Of a DNA stretch of 64,000 bases, positions 38,770-53,206 are shown piece after piece. A model generated the notes under the pieces. The model was not told the origin of the DNA and did no database searches. It saw only the letters and a program-made list of their open reading frames with translations. The stretch covers positions 10,788,001 through 10,852,000 of the forward strand of contig NC_043013.1 of NCBI RefSeq assembly GCF_006345805.1. Direction: 5' to 3'. The position numbers and the translations under genes are program-made. Positions within the stretch are counted from its first letter, which is position 1; each line of letters opens with the position of its first letter. This DNA comes from Octopus sinensis. Taxonomy: Eukaryota.

Positions 38770-41240
38770 AGAATGCATCGGAATCTTTAGTCACCTGTCA
38801 AGTGACAACAAGGACCTCAGACAGATAATACTTTCCTTAAGATGTGCACTTAAGATGACATCAATCTTGCATGGGATTTCCAGTCTTAAGACGTCTTGGA
38901 GCTTCAATGGAGTTAAGCTCAACGCTCTGATCATCACTGGTGTCACTTTTACATTACCCTCTCGCATTCCATACAGTCTTGCCATTTTTATTTTCAGTTC
39001 GGAGTACTTGGTGAATTTTTCAACCTCTTAAAATACAACATTCATATCATTTGGTATAGCTATATAAATGATCTGACAGTATTTGTCTCCCTTACTCAAT
39101 ACGACAACACATCCGGCCGAAGGTGTTCGATTACACGATCCGTCTGAAAATCATAGTCCCAGAGTATCGTTTCTTTTCCATCCCCCTGCATAACTTTACT
39201 TGGTACATGCTCATACCAGTTCTCTGTTACTTCATGTTGTTATATACGGTATAAGAACTAATGAAGATACACACACATTTTATCGTGGCGGTGCTTGTAT
39301 TCTCTTTGTACAAGGCTCTCACATCCACTTACCAAGTGGGTCACATTTTCCACAAGCTTTCCACAGAGTTTGCATGTCTGTGTGTCAGAAGTTTTACAGA
39401 TGTTATACTTCACCGAATTGGTAGCGAGAGCCTAGTCTTGCGCAGCAATGATCAGGCTTTCGGTGGTACGCTTCAAATCACCTCGCCCAAGCCATGCCCA
39501 CGATGCTGTATTATCCTTAACGTCCTATGTATTCCTTTCTAATTGTCCATGCATTCTCATTTCAAGGTCTTCTTTGGTTAAACTCTTCCGTTCCTATCAT
39601 TTCATCTGCATTTACACCCATATCTTTCGCGGTATATTGCTGCAGGTCTTTATTACTATTTATCAAAAACTCGGCAGATGTTCTCCTTTTACTCCTTATA
39701 CAACGATCTATACTAATTAGTTCTCTGCCACATGCAGCGTCATCAACTTCCTCGTCCTTCTATCCAGTGTTGATATTTCCTCCTTACTCCTTTCTATCTG
39801 ACCTCTGCAACTACCCAGATATTCATTACGGCAACCAAATTTTAGGCATTCAAGTTGGATTTCAACACCATCTTCATCCTTTATAGATACGCCTCGCTAA
39901 CCTTGACTTTATCCACTTGTTCTTTCGCGTCACCTGTGCTTATGACAATATTCCTTTGTTTCTTTCCTCCTATTAATTCTGTCTTGATAGTTCCTATCCA
40001 TAGTGCATCTCTTTTATGCATCACATTGTTTCCTCATAGCCTGCTCCAGAACTCCTTGTCTTGATTTGCATCAGGAGCAACATTTTCCCCATTGTTTCCG
40101 TCTAGCCTTCGGAAGAGTTGCTTCGGGCTATTTTTGCACAATCTGTTTTCCTCCAACTGCTTATTTCTCTTTACGAATCTTCTGTACTTCAGGATTTTTC
40201 TATGATCCTCAGTTTTACCTGCTCTATCGTTGCATCAAAATCGTCCTTACATAGTTTAGATTTCTTCTCAAATTTTTCTCGGTCGGTCTTTTTCCCCTTT
40301 TTCCAGTTTCCTCTTAACCATTGTTCAATTTTTCCTAGATCTTGCCTTACCCGCATTATGCCCCTTTCAATGCGTCGTATCCACCGTGGTTCTTTTGCGC
40401 CACCATTTTTTTGTTTATTTCTCAGCCTGTAGTGCAATTGCTTGGAGAAGATTCCTTGCTTGTGTTATGTTCTCCGTCTGGATGTATGATATAACAGTAG
40501 TTATCTTTTGTGTTACTTTATTTATCATACTCCTATCTACCCTTCTCATATTCATGGGGATTTTTTTCTTCTGGAGCATTCATCAACTCGGTAAGTCGTA
40601 TTTGAATTTCAAGCAATTCATTATCTAGTTGGTTCAGTTCCGCTGCATGTCCACTCACCAGAGTATCAGAGTTCACTGTATAACGTTCATGTTCTTCATC
40701 TTTAACAGTTCCATCACCATTTCCCTGTTCCTCCTGTCTACTCTTCCCTTTGCTTTCAACACCTACATCTCTGTTTTCAACTCCGACCATCCTTTGTACC
40801 CCATCCGCATGGTCTGTCAGACTCTCACTAATCCGAGATATTTCTACTCCAGTTAAGTAACCCTTCCTCCTAACGACTCTCACTTTGTTCATTAGTTTAT
40901 TTTCTGATATTGGTCACATGTCCTTTTCCATCCAAAATTTCAAGGTACGTCGGCCTACTTCGCAACTTCTTTCCGGCTTTGCTCTTTTATGATATTGAAT
41001 AATTATATCGTGCTCTCCCTTCGTCCACTTATGCCTGCTTTTGCGCACACCGTGTATGCGATATTTTGTGACATAACGACCATCCAAGGCCAGATCACTG
41101 CCCATGATGCGGGCGGTTTCGGACGTGCCGGGTGGGAAACCTTCAACATGATCGGCCATAGCTTCATTCTCGTCGTTAAATCTTTCATAGTTGTGTTGCA
41201 TCATGATTTCACGCGAGTTGCATATTTGTATATACACGTG
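38770..41240 (-). mobile_element. Degenerate, internally deleted R4-clade element (distinct subfamily)
   Basis: N-terminal RHKWTKGEH, KEPRWIRRIERGIMRVRQDL, and C-terminal KVTPVMIRAL..ILSAHLKESIICLRSLLSL. Heavily disrupted. Confidence 0.65.
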
Positions 41241-41456
41241 TGCATATATTTACATACACACACACACATAAATAACCAGCTTGCATTGTGTCGCCTCCAT
41301 AAAAAAAAGTGATTATCATTTGTCACAATCATTTAGAAATATCAAAAATATTGGTCCCGGTATATTGCAGCAAATCTTCGTCACTATTTATCAAATACTC
41401 GTGTTTTCCTTTCACTCCTTATAAAATGGTCTATACTAATTATTTATTTATCTTTA

Positions 41457-41490
<34 letters not shown>

Positions 41491-41494
41491 ATTT

Positions 41495-41652
41495 TTTTTC
41501 TTCTTTCAAATTTGCTTCCATTTCTTGCCGAGTGTCTTCCCGACTCCTAGAGCAAAGAAACTCATAGTATACATTGGTAGGCCATTAAACTAAACTCACT
41601 AGTTCGTTCATTTTCTTAAAGTTAAATTAAAATACATGGGTAGTAATAGTTC

Positions 41653-41653
<1 letters not shown>
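41495..41653 (-). mobile_element. R4/Dong-like 3' UTR-only copy flanked by (TTA)n on both sides
   Basis: Matches 38396-38552 except for one substitution and a poly-T length difference. Confidence 0.8.
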
Positions 41654-41719
<66 letters not shown>

Positions 41720-42089
41720 CATTATTATCATTAATATCATTATCATTTCCATTTATTATTTAAATGTATTACTAAACGTTGTTTAGTACTTGAGATAATC
41801 GTCCATATCTGAGTGTTGATGGGAATAGTAGGAGTAGTGCATCCTGCTCAGAAGGTCCCGGAGTAAGCGCTGTTTAAGGATGATGATCGAAACACTCAGG
41901 TTTCCAGAGGCGAATTACTTAAACCCCAAAGAATTTCTCTCAACACATGGATATGATGCACCCTCATTACTACCGCTAGTAATCAAAGTTGCATAAAAAC
42001 TCAGTCATTAAGGGACATGCTCAAATGGTGTAGAATGGTCCGAAGTGAAAGTGCTTGAAGAATCAGTGGACGTAGTTGATGTCGTGCAT

Positions 42090-42600
42090 ATAGGATGAAA
42101 TTTGCGAAGAACGAGAAAAGCTGGTTAATGTTTTTGGAGAGCCATTATGGAAAGTAGAAATGCGGAAGCAACAGGTTCCCTCTGGGTGTTACGCACATGG
42201 ATATTGAGGAAGACGTAGCTAATGATGGTATGTGGTCTAAGTACGTACCTGAAAAAAGAAAAAACGAAAAAACGAGGCGGAAACAAAAAGAATTGGTATA
42301 ATGTTTTAAACACGAGTTGCTGACTGAAAGAAGTCCCAGAAAAACCAATGCAGGCGGTGGCATTTGCATGCAAAGTGTGATGCTGAGGGCAAAAGGCGAA
42401 GAGTAAGTGGACGAAAAATTAAAATACGAGTGAGAAGCTCTCGAAAACAGGGACTGGGGTAACAAGCGAGTGGACGTTGGATGAGTAAATGACACCAACG
42501 AAGACGGTTCAACAGTTGGGTGAGGTTGAAACAGAGAAAGAAAACAAGAGATAAATAAGATTAGTGTGAAGAGAAATGCTAAGGAATGAATGTGGGAGAA
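42090..42600 (-). mobile_element. Penelope-like element thumb/linker remnant
   Basis: SHSYFNFSS resembles the PLE SHSYLxxSSxHP motif, and TTYHH resembles LTYHP. Highly decayed. Confidence 0.5.
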
Positions 42601-42722
42601 ATGAAGTGTCATAACTAGCGAAGAAACATCATTCAGCGAGTGTATATATATATATTATATATATACTTACCAGTGTAAACACATAAATGTGAAACATGGT
42701 AGGTAGACTAAATATTCTAAGC

Positions 42723-42768
42723 AAAATTATCCGACGAACGGGAATGTGAAACTCTGAGTAACAGTTTT
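42723..42768 (+). ncRNA. Hammerhead candidate, family alpha copy
   Basis: AAAATTAT-CCGACGA-ACG GGAA TGT-GAA-ACTC T GAGT-A-ACAGTTTT: GUA site intact, U4>C, one mismatch in stem I. Confidence 0.65.
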
Positions 42769-42799
42769 TGAGATATTTTTGCTGCATTTTAATAAAGTG

Positions 42800-42881
<82 letters not shown>

Positions 42882-43434
42882 TGTGTATGTATATATGTAT
42901 ATATAAAGAGAGAAAGTGAAAGAAAGGTGGGGAGGTGGCAGACGGATTTATCTTGGATTTACGGGTAACTGAATAGGATTTGTAGATTGGGATATTTTGT
43001 TTTTTTCCAAATTTAATGAAGAAAACGAAGCAAATTTATATTGAATGACAGAGGAAATGAAATGGTAAGACCATTTTGAAAAAATATGACAAAATATAAA
43101 TGTTCTGGTGTAAACATGTCATAAGCAGTATTTTCTTTCACACAGTATGAAACATCAGAGTACAAGCTTCGTTCTGTAGTTCAAAATTCGTTAGGGTTAG
43201 ATGACTGTACAAAAGGCTGAAACAAATCGGATACATTCATAGGCATTCATATAGACATAGATGTATGTGTGTGTGTGTGAGACAGAGAGAGAGAGAAGGA
43301 TAAATATAGCTGTTAGAAAAGAAGAAAAATAGTAAATGACATCATGATAGAGCGTAAAAAAACCAAAACATTTATTTTTCCTGTCTTCATTAAAATGTAT
43401 TTATTTTCCAAGAACAATATGACAATATCTTTGT

Positions 43435-43438
43435 GTTA

Positions 43439-43472
<34 letters not shown>

Positions 43473-43474
43473 CG

Positions 43475-43556
<82 letters not shown>

Positions 43557-43656
43557 ATACATGTATGTATATATACATATATAAATGTATGTATATACAT
43601 ATATGTATGTATATATGCATATAATATATATGCAATATATGTGTGTGTGCATATAT

Positions 43657-43693
<37 letters not shown>

Positions 43694-44555
43694 CATATAT
43701 CTATATGCGTGTGTGTATATATATATTTATGTATATATATATATATACATAAACATTTTTTTTACCGTTGGTGTGTTGCATGTTTTATTCTCGTTTTATG
43801 GGTATATAAATGAACTCAGACATTTAAGGAAACGTTTGAATGTGGAATGGACAGTTCGCGGTTTCAAGTCTTTTGTAAGTTATTTCATTTATAATATTTA
43901 TAGTCAAACATTTTTTTCAATTTTCAAATTTTGAATTATTAATATTATCAACATTATACTTTTCTCGTTTATTTATTATTTTTTTTTGTAATCAGTTTTA
44001 GCTTTTGGTTACCATAGAGTCTTCTTTTTTCTTTCCCTTTTTTTCCTTTTAACAAATACTTATTGTTGCTATTACTTGTTGTTGCAGTTTTTCTTCTTTT
44101 TTTTGTCTTTATTTAATACATTCCAAAATATCCTTGAAATTTATTTATTAAAACACATTTCTCTACTGAACACATACAGGCAAGAAAAGAAATTAATTGA
44201 TAGGGGATAAAAAAAACAAAAACAAAAATAAAACAACACGATTATAATAAGAAAAAATAATGATAATAGTAATAATAATGAATCCAAAATGAACGCAAAC
44301 AAAAAATAACTGAACAGAACAAATCAATATAAACAAATAAATGATATACATGTGGATCTAAGTATATATATATACACATACATATATATATACATTTATA
44401 TATATATATACACACACATATATATATATACACACACATATATATACATACATACACATATATATATATATACACGCACACACACACATATATATACATA
44501 CATATACTTATATATATATACATATACACAGAGACACATGCACACAAATATATGC

Positions 44556-44586
<31 letters not shown>

Positions 44587-44997
44587 ACACACACATATGT
44601 ATATATATATATATATACACATAACAATTATGATATGTACTTCTTCCTCTACATATTGATACAAGTAATGTCACTTATAAATATTTAAATTAATAATTAA
44701 TTTAAATATTCTCGTTAATGATCCAGCAAATCGTTTCATTGTCATTGCAAGTTAAATAAGAACTAATTATCGTAATGATGATGATGATAATACTGATAAT
44801 AATAAATAAATACTATTAATGATAATAATATATGTGATAATAATAAGTGTGAGAAGAGGAAGAAAGATAAACATAAATGTAGATGTAAATGAAATACAAC
44901 CGAATAGATATAGTTCTTAATAGTATGTGAGTGTATGTATATATATGTGTATATACATGTGAAAATGTACAAGTATATATATGTATATACATATAAT

Positions 44998-45028
<31 letters not shown>

Positions 45029-45477
45029 TTATATATGCATGTATATAAATATATGCATACATGTATACATGTATATATGTATATATATAGTTACTGATAT
45101 ATATAAATATGATGATTTTAGTGTGCATTTTAAATGTCTCAGGCAAGAAAGCGTTTTGTCTAAATATATATATATATATATTTATTAAAAATTCTCTATC
45201 ATAAAAATGTTTAATTTTTATTCAGTTTTGAAATTTTTCAGTTAAATATACATTCGGAACTTGCATTCAAGCGTTTTATACATTTCTATGCGATTCTACG
45301 AACTCTCAACGAAAATGAACATTCGTACACCTTTCTCATATATTCAAACATGGAAAAACATAAATATTCGCTCTTCTCATAGACATGATGGTTGAGGTTA
45401 TTCATACATAAACACATAATATATGTAAATAATTCTAATTATGAATGTATACACTCTCTCTCTCACACACTCACTGA

Positions 45478-45527
<50 letters not shown>

Positions 45528-45626
45528 TATATATATATACACATATTATATTTGCATATACATTCACACATGAATGTTATAAAAAATATGTGTAGTGATG
45601 TTTATATACGCTGTGCATATATTGCT

Positions 45627-45689
<63 letters not shown>

Positions 45690-45896
45690 CATGATCATGC
45701 ACATATATTCTTACATGCACGCACTAGCACACACACACACACTCACACACACGTATATACATACATATATATATATGTAACATAACAATATGCATATAAA
45801 TATACGTATGTATTCATACATATAGTAGATGATTGTACGCAAGCATTGTTATAACCTTTCTAAAGGAGCATGTATAAACGTTAGCATGTGTGTGTA

Positions 45897-45928
<32 letters not shown>

Positions 45929-46985
45929 TATCTATATATAATATACATATATATGTATATATATAGTATATATATGTAATATATATATATAAAACATATT
46001 ATATATATATATGTAATGTGTATGTGAGTATGAATGTATGAATATATATATGCGTGTGTGTAGGTATGCATATATATATATCTATATATATATATATATG
46101 TACATACTACACGTATATACGTACATACATTTATAATCAAGCATACACATACTTGTATACTCTTACAGATGCCTACAATCACACAGTCATACGCACAGAT
46201 ATATTCACACATATAAATATATATCTCTATATCTAGTATGCGCAAGTTTTCGCGAACTACATAAATCTCGCCTCTTATATGGATATCAGTAAGGAGTACC
46301 CGCTTAAGCGAGATCGAGAATACTACACTTCACACAGTATGAGTATGTGCAAGTGTATATATTTTGTTTTAAGCGCGAACCCCTTCCTGAATGATACGAA
46401 TTTGAATATGTAGACAAGTTACATTCAATGATACATATATCTTTAGAAAGCTTCACACGTTGATATGTAGGTATTACATAAATACATACACATACACAAA
46501 CATATATGTAAGTAAATATTTATGAATATATATGTATATATAATATTTATGTATATACATATACGTATATACATATATGTATTCATGCAATATGTTTTAT
46601 ATACATACATACATATATACACTACATATTATTTCCATACATATATATAAATATAATATATATAATATATATATATATATATAATATATATATATATTCA
46701 CATATGTACATATATACTAATATATGTATACACACCATATATACGTATTTATTGTATATATGTACATAAACACATGGCATGTATATATATATAATATATA
46801 TATATATATATACATGTATGCATATATATATATATATATGTATACATATATACACATATATATACATATATGTATATATATATATACTTATATGTATATA
46901 TATATATACATATATATATATATACTTATATATATATATGTATATATATAGTTATATGTATTATATTATACATGCATATATATAA

Positions 46986-47027
<42 letters not shown>

Positions 47028-47489
47028 ATATATATATATAATATAATATATATATATATATATATTTACATATATACATGACATAGTTTATTTGGCAAGT
47101 ATTCAGTTTGGATAGCAATAAAATAATAAGAATTATGTGACTAACTTGACAGAACATATAGAAACGTAGTAACACGTGATTGTGGGTTACTTGCATTATT
47201 TGTGTTGACCATAGTGTTGATGGTGAACTCAATATCGATGGTAGTGAATGTAATATTAGTGCTGGTACTAGATGTGGCACTATTCATCGTGGTATTAGTG
47301 CAATGGTTTAAAAAATAATTAGCATTGTTTTATGTTTGTTGAATGTAGAAAATGTCTTGTATCATGTTAATAAATAAATAAATGCAAAAAAATACGATGC
47401 ATCAATTTGGAGTATTCGGGTTTACTAAGCTAGTACGGATATATGCATACTTGTATGTATACGTACGTATGTATATGTATGTATGTATG

Positions 47490-47520
<31 letters not shown>

Positions 47521-47793
47521 ATGTGTGTGTGTGCTTGTGTGTGTGTATATATACGGATATTAGTGTGTTTGTATGTGCGTATGTTTGAATGTATGGATAC
47601 ATATGTATGCATATATATATATATATGTGAACGTGTGTGTACGTATGCCTCAGATACATAAATATATTATATATATATATATATACACATATATATGCAT
47701 ATATATATATATGCATTTATGTATATATATATGCATATAAATATATATATATATATATATTTATATAAATATATACATATATATTTATATATG

Positions 47794-47843
<50 letters not shown>

Positions 47844-48407
47844 GTGCACATATGTATTCATCAGCATCTATCACAGTAATTATACTGGCGCATGGAAACA
47901 CAGATATCACATTCTTATCCATATCTTTCTCTGTACGTGTGTGCCTGTATGTGTCTATGCGTGCGTGAGCATGTCCGCATGGGTCTGTATGTATGAGTAA
48001 ATTAGCAGTATAATATTAAATGCGTATAAAATTTTGTACACGAATGCACACCCACAAACACACATATATATATATGTACTATATATGTTATCTCCATGTA
48101 ATGTATATGCATGTATGTATAACATTCATGTCGATGTACAGGTAAGTTTCTCATTGCTTGTGTGTTACAATCTGACTTAGGAATTTATAGGAGACTTCAT
48201 CACACATCTAACTGTAATGCAGACAAACATACATACGTGCATACACGCACACAAGGCACACATTCATACATACGCATATACATATATATAAATGTACAAT
48301 ATATATATACATATTACTAACAAATACATTGCCACACACACACACACACATATATATATGTATATCCATATACAGATATATGCACATACAAATGTATACA
48401 TACTCAA

Positions 48408-48438
<31 letters not shown>

Positions 48439-49201
48439 TACATGTACATACGCATTATGTGGTGCTGTTTCTTATATTTTAACAAACTTACTATATGCGT
48501 ATGTTTACGTATATCTAGCGGAGATGCATATATTTAGTCCAAATCTTCATTAATGAAAAACGGTAATAATGATATATATAGAGAGATGCATGATTGTACG
48601 TATTCTTGTTTTGTCTTTAAAAATTTCTCGTTAACCAGGAAGAATAGTTTGTATTTAGTCTTTTTTATTCTTTTATTTCGTTCTCGATTTCTTTTCAGAT
48701 GGTTTTATTATTATTTTCTTTTTGTTTTTTTTTTGCATATTTTATATGTATATCTTTCATTTTCCTTCTTAATGGATGTCCCTTATCTCAATCCAGTTTT
48801 CTGGTATCACCTTGTAATCCAAAATGGCTGCCAAATATTTTCTCCTACCTGCAATGATAAATTTTTGCGTAATTTCACATATGATATGAGCATCACTTTT
48901 CCATTTAAATACTTTTCTTTTGTATTTGGCTTCACATTTTTTTATATTTCGTTAGATATATTCGGAGACATGCTATTTATTTTTTCTCGTTTATCTTAGT
49001 TCTTGTTGTGTTTCTTTTATTGTTTAAAAATTTTGTTACATGATAATTTGCATCTTATCACTATTGTTGGTGTTGTATTTGTTATCAATGTATTCCTCAA
49101 AACAGAAAACGTTTATTGATACTATTGTATTTGTGTTTTTTTTCTCTATTTATCACAAACAAACGTATACATATGCGTATATATATAGATATATACATAT
49201 A

Positions 49202-49254
<53 letters not shown>

Positions 49255-49448
49255 GTGTGTCACCTCGTGTGTACCGTTGGCGATTTTTTTCCTCTGTCTT
49301 CCCTTCTCCTATGTTTCCGACGAAGAGCTCCGCTCGAAATATTAGACCCTCCTTCTTCCCTTCTTTCCTGAGCGTCCAATAATACTTTATTTGTTCCACG
49401 TCCTCGCGTTGTGTTTTTTTTGTTTTCTTGTTTGGATTAACTGTATAT

Positions 49449-49515
<67 letters not shown>

Positions 49516-49571
49516 GTATATGCACAACATATATACATATATATATGTATATCCATATACAGATATATATA

Positions 49572-49615
<44 letters not shown>

Positions 49616-50041
49616 TATATATATACATATACATATACAGATATATATATATATATATGCATATATATATAATATATATATAGGTATATATATGTAATAC
49701 CGATCCATTATGGCTGCAGATCTCGAGCTAGTAAGTGAAAACAAAAATATTCATGTCTGGATCTAGTTGTGTGTGTACTCGTGCAGGTACCCATGTATAT
49801 TTGCGTGTATTTGAGTTTTACGTGTATTTGCACCTGTTAAATATATGCCTTACATATGCAATTATATAATATCCAGCGACAAATACAGTAAAACAATACT
49901 CCCCCCTTTGCGCTTCTGAATAATCCATGCATGCATATATATATATACGTAAATTATATATATATATATATATATAATATATATAATATATAGATACACA
50001 TACATACACACACACATATATATATATTATATATATATATT

Positions 50042-50077
<36 letters not shown>

Positions 50078-50165
50078 CATACATATATATAATATATATA
50101 TATACATAAAAATAATATATATATATATTATATATAATACATACATAACACATATATATATATAT
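43435..50165. repeat. Extended low-complexity field of degenerate (TA)n/(CA)n/(TATG)n blocks with short AT-rich spacers
   Basis: Direct inspection. No credible coding sequence. Confidence 0.85.
49313..49347 (+). ncRNA. Variant hammerhead candidate (gamma-2 copy) in element 49262-49443
   Basis: GTTT-CCGACGA A-GAGC TCC GCTC-GAA-ATAT-T-AGAC: stem III palindrome changed from ACGT to ATAT; stem I kept by a G-U pair. Confidence 0.5.
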
Positions 50166-50725
50166 ACTTTTGATTCCTATATTAGGCTTATTTGTATTCT
50201 TCTTATCAATTCACTTCCACGCAAAACACACACACACACACATGTATATACAGGAAACACAAAAACAGCTTCCGTTTTACTGAGCTTAAAATATATGTGA
50301 TCTACAATTAGTAAAATCGCGTAATTCTATTTGGCGTTCGAATAGATAACTACCGATATTTTGGACTCGCTTTACCTCTTCTACTACCATTATTCCGTTA
50401 AGAACTCCTTCGATTCAATAAATTTTATCTGGAACAGCTTATTGGTTTTGTATTACTACGTTGGCTTGTTTTTATTCTTCGCCACATTTCTTCTTGGTAT
50501 ACTAAAAATAGCGAAGACGAAGAGCTTCGTACAATGCAGTAAACGGATAAACTTAATAATTTTTGTGCTTGAAATATATAAATGCTATTAAATGTATTTC
50601 TTTTCGCATTGCAAAGAGCTCCCTATCTTCACCATTTTTACTGTTTTAGTTCTTTACTACATTGCTTCAAGCAAGCTCTTTCTGTTATTCCTTATTTCTA
50701 ATGTCGTAGTTGGCGAGACCATAAT

Positions 50726-50947
50726 ACTCTTACTCTTTACTCTTTTAATTGTTTCAGTCATTTGACTGCGGCCATGCTGGAGCACCGCCTTTAGTCGAGC
50801 AAATCGTACCCGGGACTTATTCTTTGTAAGCCCAGTACTTATTCTATCGGTCTCTTTTGCCGAACCGATAAGTGACGGGGACGTAAACACACCAGCATCG
50901 ATTGTCAAGCATCGATTGACAAACACAGACACACAAACACACACACG

Positions 50948-50981
<34 letters not shown>

Positions 50982-51134
50982 CGACAGGCTTCTTTCAGTT
51001 TCCGTCTACCAAATCCACTCACAAGGCATTGGTCGGCCCGGGGCTATAGCAGAAGACACTTGCCCAAGTTGCCACGGAACCCGGAACCTTGTGGTTGGTT
51101 AGCAAGCTACTTACCACACACCCACTCCTGCGCC
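50726..51134 (-). mobile_element. SINE family B, full length
   Basis: High similarity to 861-1267. Lies about 1.8 kb downstream of the Lox2 stop. Confidence 0.9.
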
Positions 51135-51359
51135 TTTCATTTTTCATTGGAATTACTATTTAAACCCAGCTTAGCTACTGTTGATTAGATCTATGTCTAT
51201 GAAGTGTAGTGCTATGTCTATGACTGATAAAGTGTTCCAATCATAACTATCCCAACTAATTTTCAGACAGAGTGCCACTCGGATTATATTATCCAATGCA
51301 ATCTGTTTTTAGAAATTAGAGAGAATCTTATTGGGGATTTACCCATTATTTCTTTCTGG

Positions 51360-51685
51360 CCGAGTGAAACACATGACAGTGTGGCTAAGGTATTCGGTTC
51401 AGGATCTTAATTTCGTGATTTCGATTCCTACAGCATGCTATGTCCTTGGGTTATTCTATTTCTCGTTGGTCTTGACCACTCAGTTGTACTCAGTCTTGAC
51501 CAATAAGTTGTACGTGTAATTCTAAGGCCCAACATGGTGACTCTGTGTCAAGCTAGTTATATTGAAAACTACGTTAAGGGCAGACCTGTCTGAGGCGTGC
51601 TCAGCCACATCAAGTTAATTATGTGTGCAGGTTGTTTGGTTGATTGTATCAACTGGAATACTCTTCGCTTTGAGGGAGAGCCAGT
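51360..51685 (+). mobile_element. Old family A-related SINE
   Basis: Recognisable actacgttaagggcagacctgtctg..tgctcagccac tail. Confidence 0.6.
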
Positions 51686-52903
51686 CCATCTATTCGAGTG
51701 AGACTCAAGATGCTCTGTCATCAGAATCAATGCTACTATAGTTGCTGATGCTACTGTTCTTTCATCATTTCATTTTAATTGTGTCTTCTGCAGCTACTTT
51801 CTTTGTAGGTTATATATATATATATAATTCAAACCCATTAATTATTCTTCTTATTATTATTGTTGATGTTGTTGTTAGTATTTTAGGAGCGACTGAAATG
51901 CTAAAGTAAGTTGTAAAATGCCATTAGTAAGTTTGGCCACTCAACAGAAATGTTCTCGTTTACAATCCTGTGAGGCACCTACACTTATTGATCTTCAGTT
52001 GCATCCTTGATTCCATCACAGATACATCTGCCTTGAAAGAACCCATTTATACCTCTTTGCCGCATATATGCATGTACTTGTACACACATGTATGTATGTA
52101 TGTATGTATGTATGTATGTATGTATGTATGTATGTATGTATGTATGTATGTATGTATGTACGTATGTATGTATGTATGTATTTATGTATGTATGCGCATG
52201 TATACAAGTACGAATGTGTATGTGTTAGTATGTATTTGTATTCGTAGTGAGATGATCTGTAGTAACTAATTCTACAGATACTGTATAGGTGAAAATTGGA
52301 AACGTTATTCGAATTAACCATTCTATGTTTTGGCAACTTGGCAGCTTGCATTTTTTCTTAAATGATTTTCTTTGTGATAGTCTTTATATTATAGCTTGTT
52401 GAACGAAACGTTGGTCTGTTTGTGGGTGAGTGATTGAGTGAGTAAATGAGTGAGTGAGTGAGTGAGTGAGTGAATGAGTGAGTGAGTGGGTGAGTGAGTG
52501 TGTGTGTGTGTGTGTTTGTTTTGTATGCATTGCATTTGTACGCATGTGTTTTGCATGTGTCTCTCAAATATATCTAACTCATGCGTATCTTTAATTCTTT
52601 ATCATTTTGTTCATTTTACGTTCTTGTCGTATGTGATGCATTCATAATATTTTGTCCATTTTGGTTCCAGAATGATGAACATACTGAGCTGTTTGCTTTA
52701 CACATCTCAAGTTACTAAAAAAATGAAAGGAAAAAAAAAATCAGGACTGATTGACAATGATAAAATATTGATAAAAACCATTATTAGTCAGTCTTATCAA
52801 TAATATTTTTTACTTCTTTTTTTTTATCGCGTCCTCATTTTAAAATTAATTATATAAACTTTTTTTCTCTCCCTCTCTCGTACTCAATTATGTTGTAGTC
52901 ACA

Positions 52904-53181
52904 TTAACTGGAAGCTTCCGAGTTTTTATGTGTCTTTGAAACATCTTGTGTTCGGCCCTGCTCATTAAGTTCTTTAATTGCTTGTAATTCCTTCTTTTCT
53001 TTCATTCTTCTGTTTTGAAACCAGATTTTGATCTGTCTCTCCGTCAAACAGAGCATGTGCGACAGCTCAATACGCCGTCGTCGTGTCAGATAACGGTTGA
53101 ATTTGAATTCTTTCTCTAGTTCTAGTGTCTGAAATCTTGTATAGGTTTGTCGACCTCTTCGTCGCTGGTTCGAATTTGGAC
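52904..53181 (-). CDS. Lox2: Lox2 Hox gene, terminal coding exon (homeodomain 53164-52985 plus UbdA peptide); 5' exon lies outside the window
   Basis: Translation (G)[74 protein letters not shown]...SS* with TAA at 52906-52904. [15 protein letters not shown] and MKEKKE (E56) plus QAIKELN fit spiralian Lox2 rather than Lox4 or Antp. The ORF-track Met at 53209 is intronic. Confidence 0.9.
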
Positions 53182-53206
53182 CTTGAATTAGAAAGAAAAG
53201 AAAACA
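53182..53206 (-). other. Splice acceptor (polypyrimidine tract + CAAG) of the Lox2 homeobox exon, phase 1
   Basis: Minus strand reads tgttttcttttctttctaattcaAG|GTCCAAAT, with AG at 53183-53182. No YPWM-coding sequence was found in 53182-64000. Confidence 0.8.

Noticed and set aside
42668-42705. Possible second hammerhead upstream of the 42723 copy (TACC/GGTA, ACAT/ATGT)
   Set aside because: The core reads AGTGTAAAC and does not match CUGANGA. The equivalent region near 4790 does not fold the same way.
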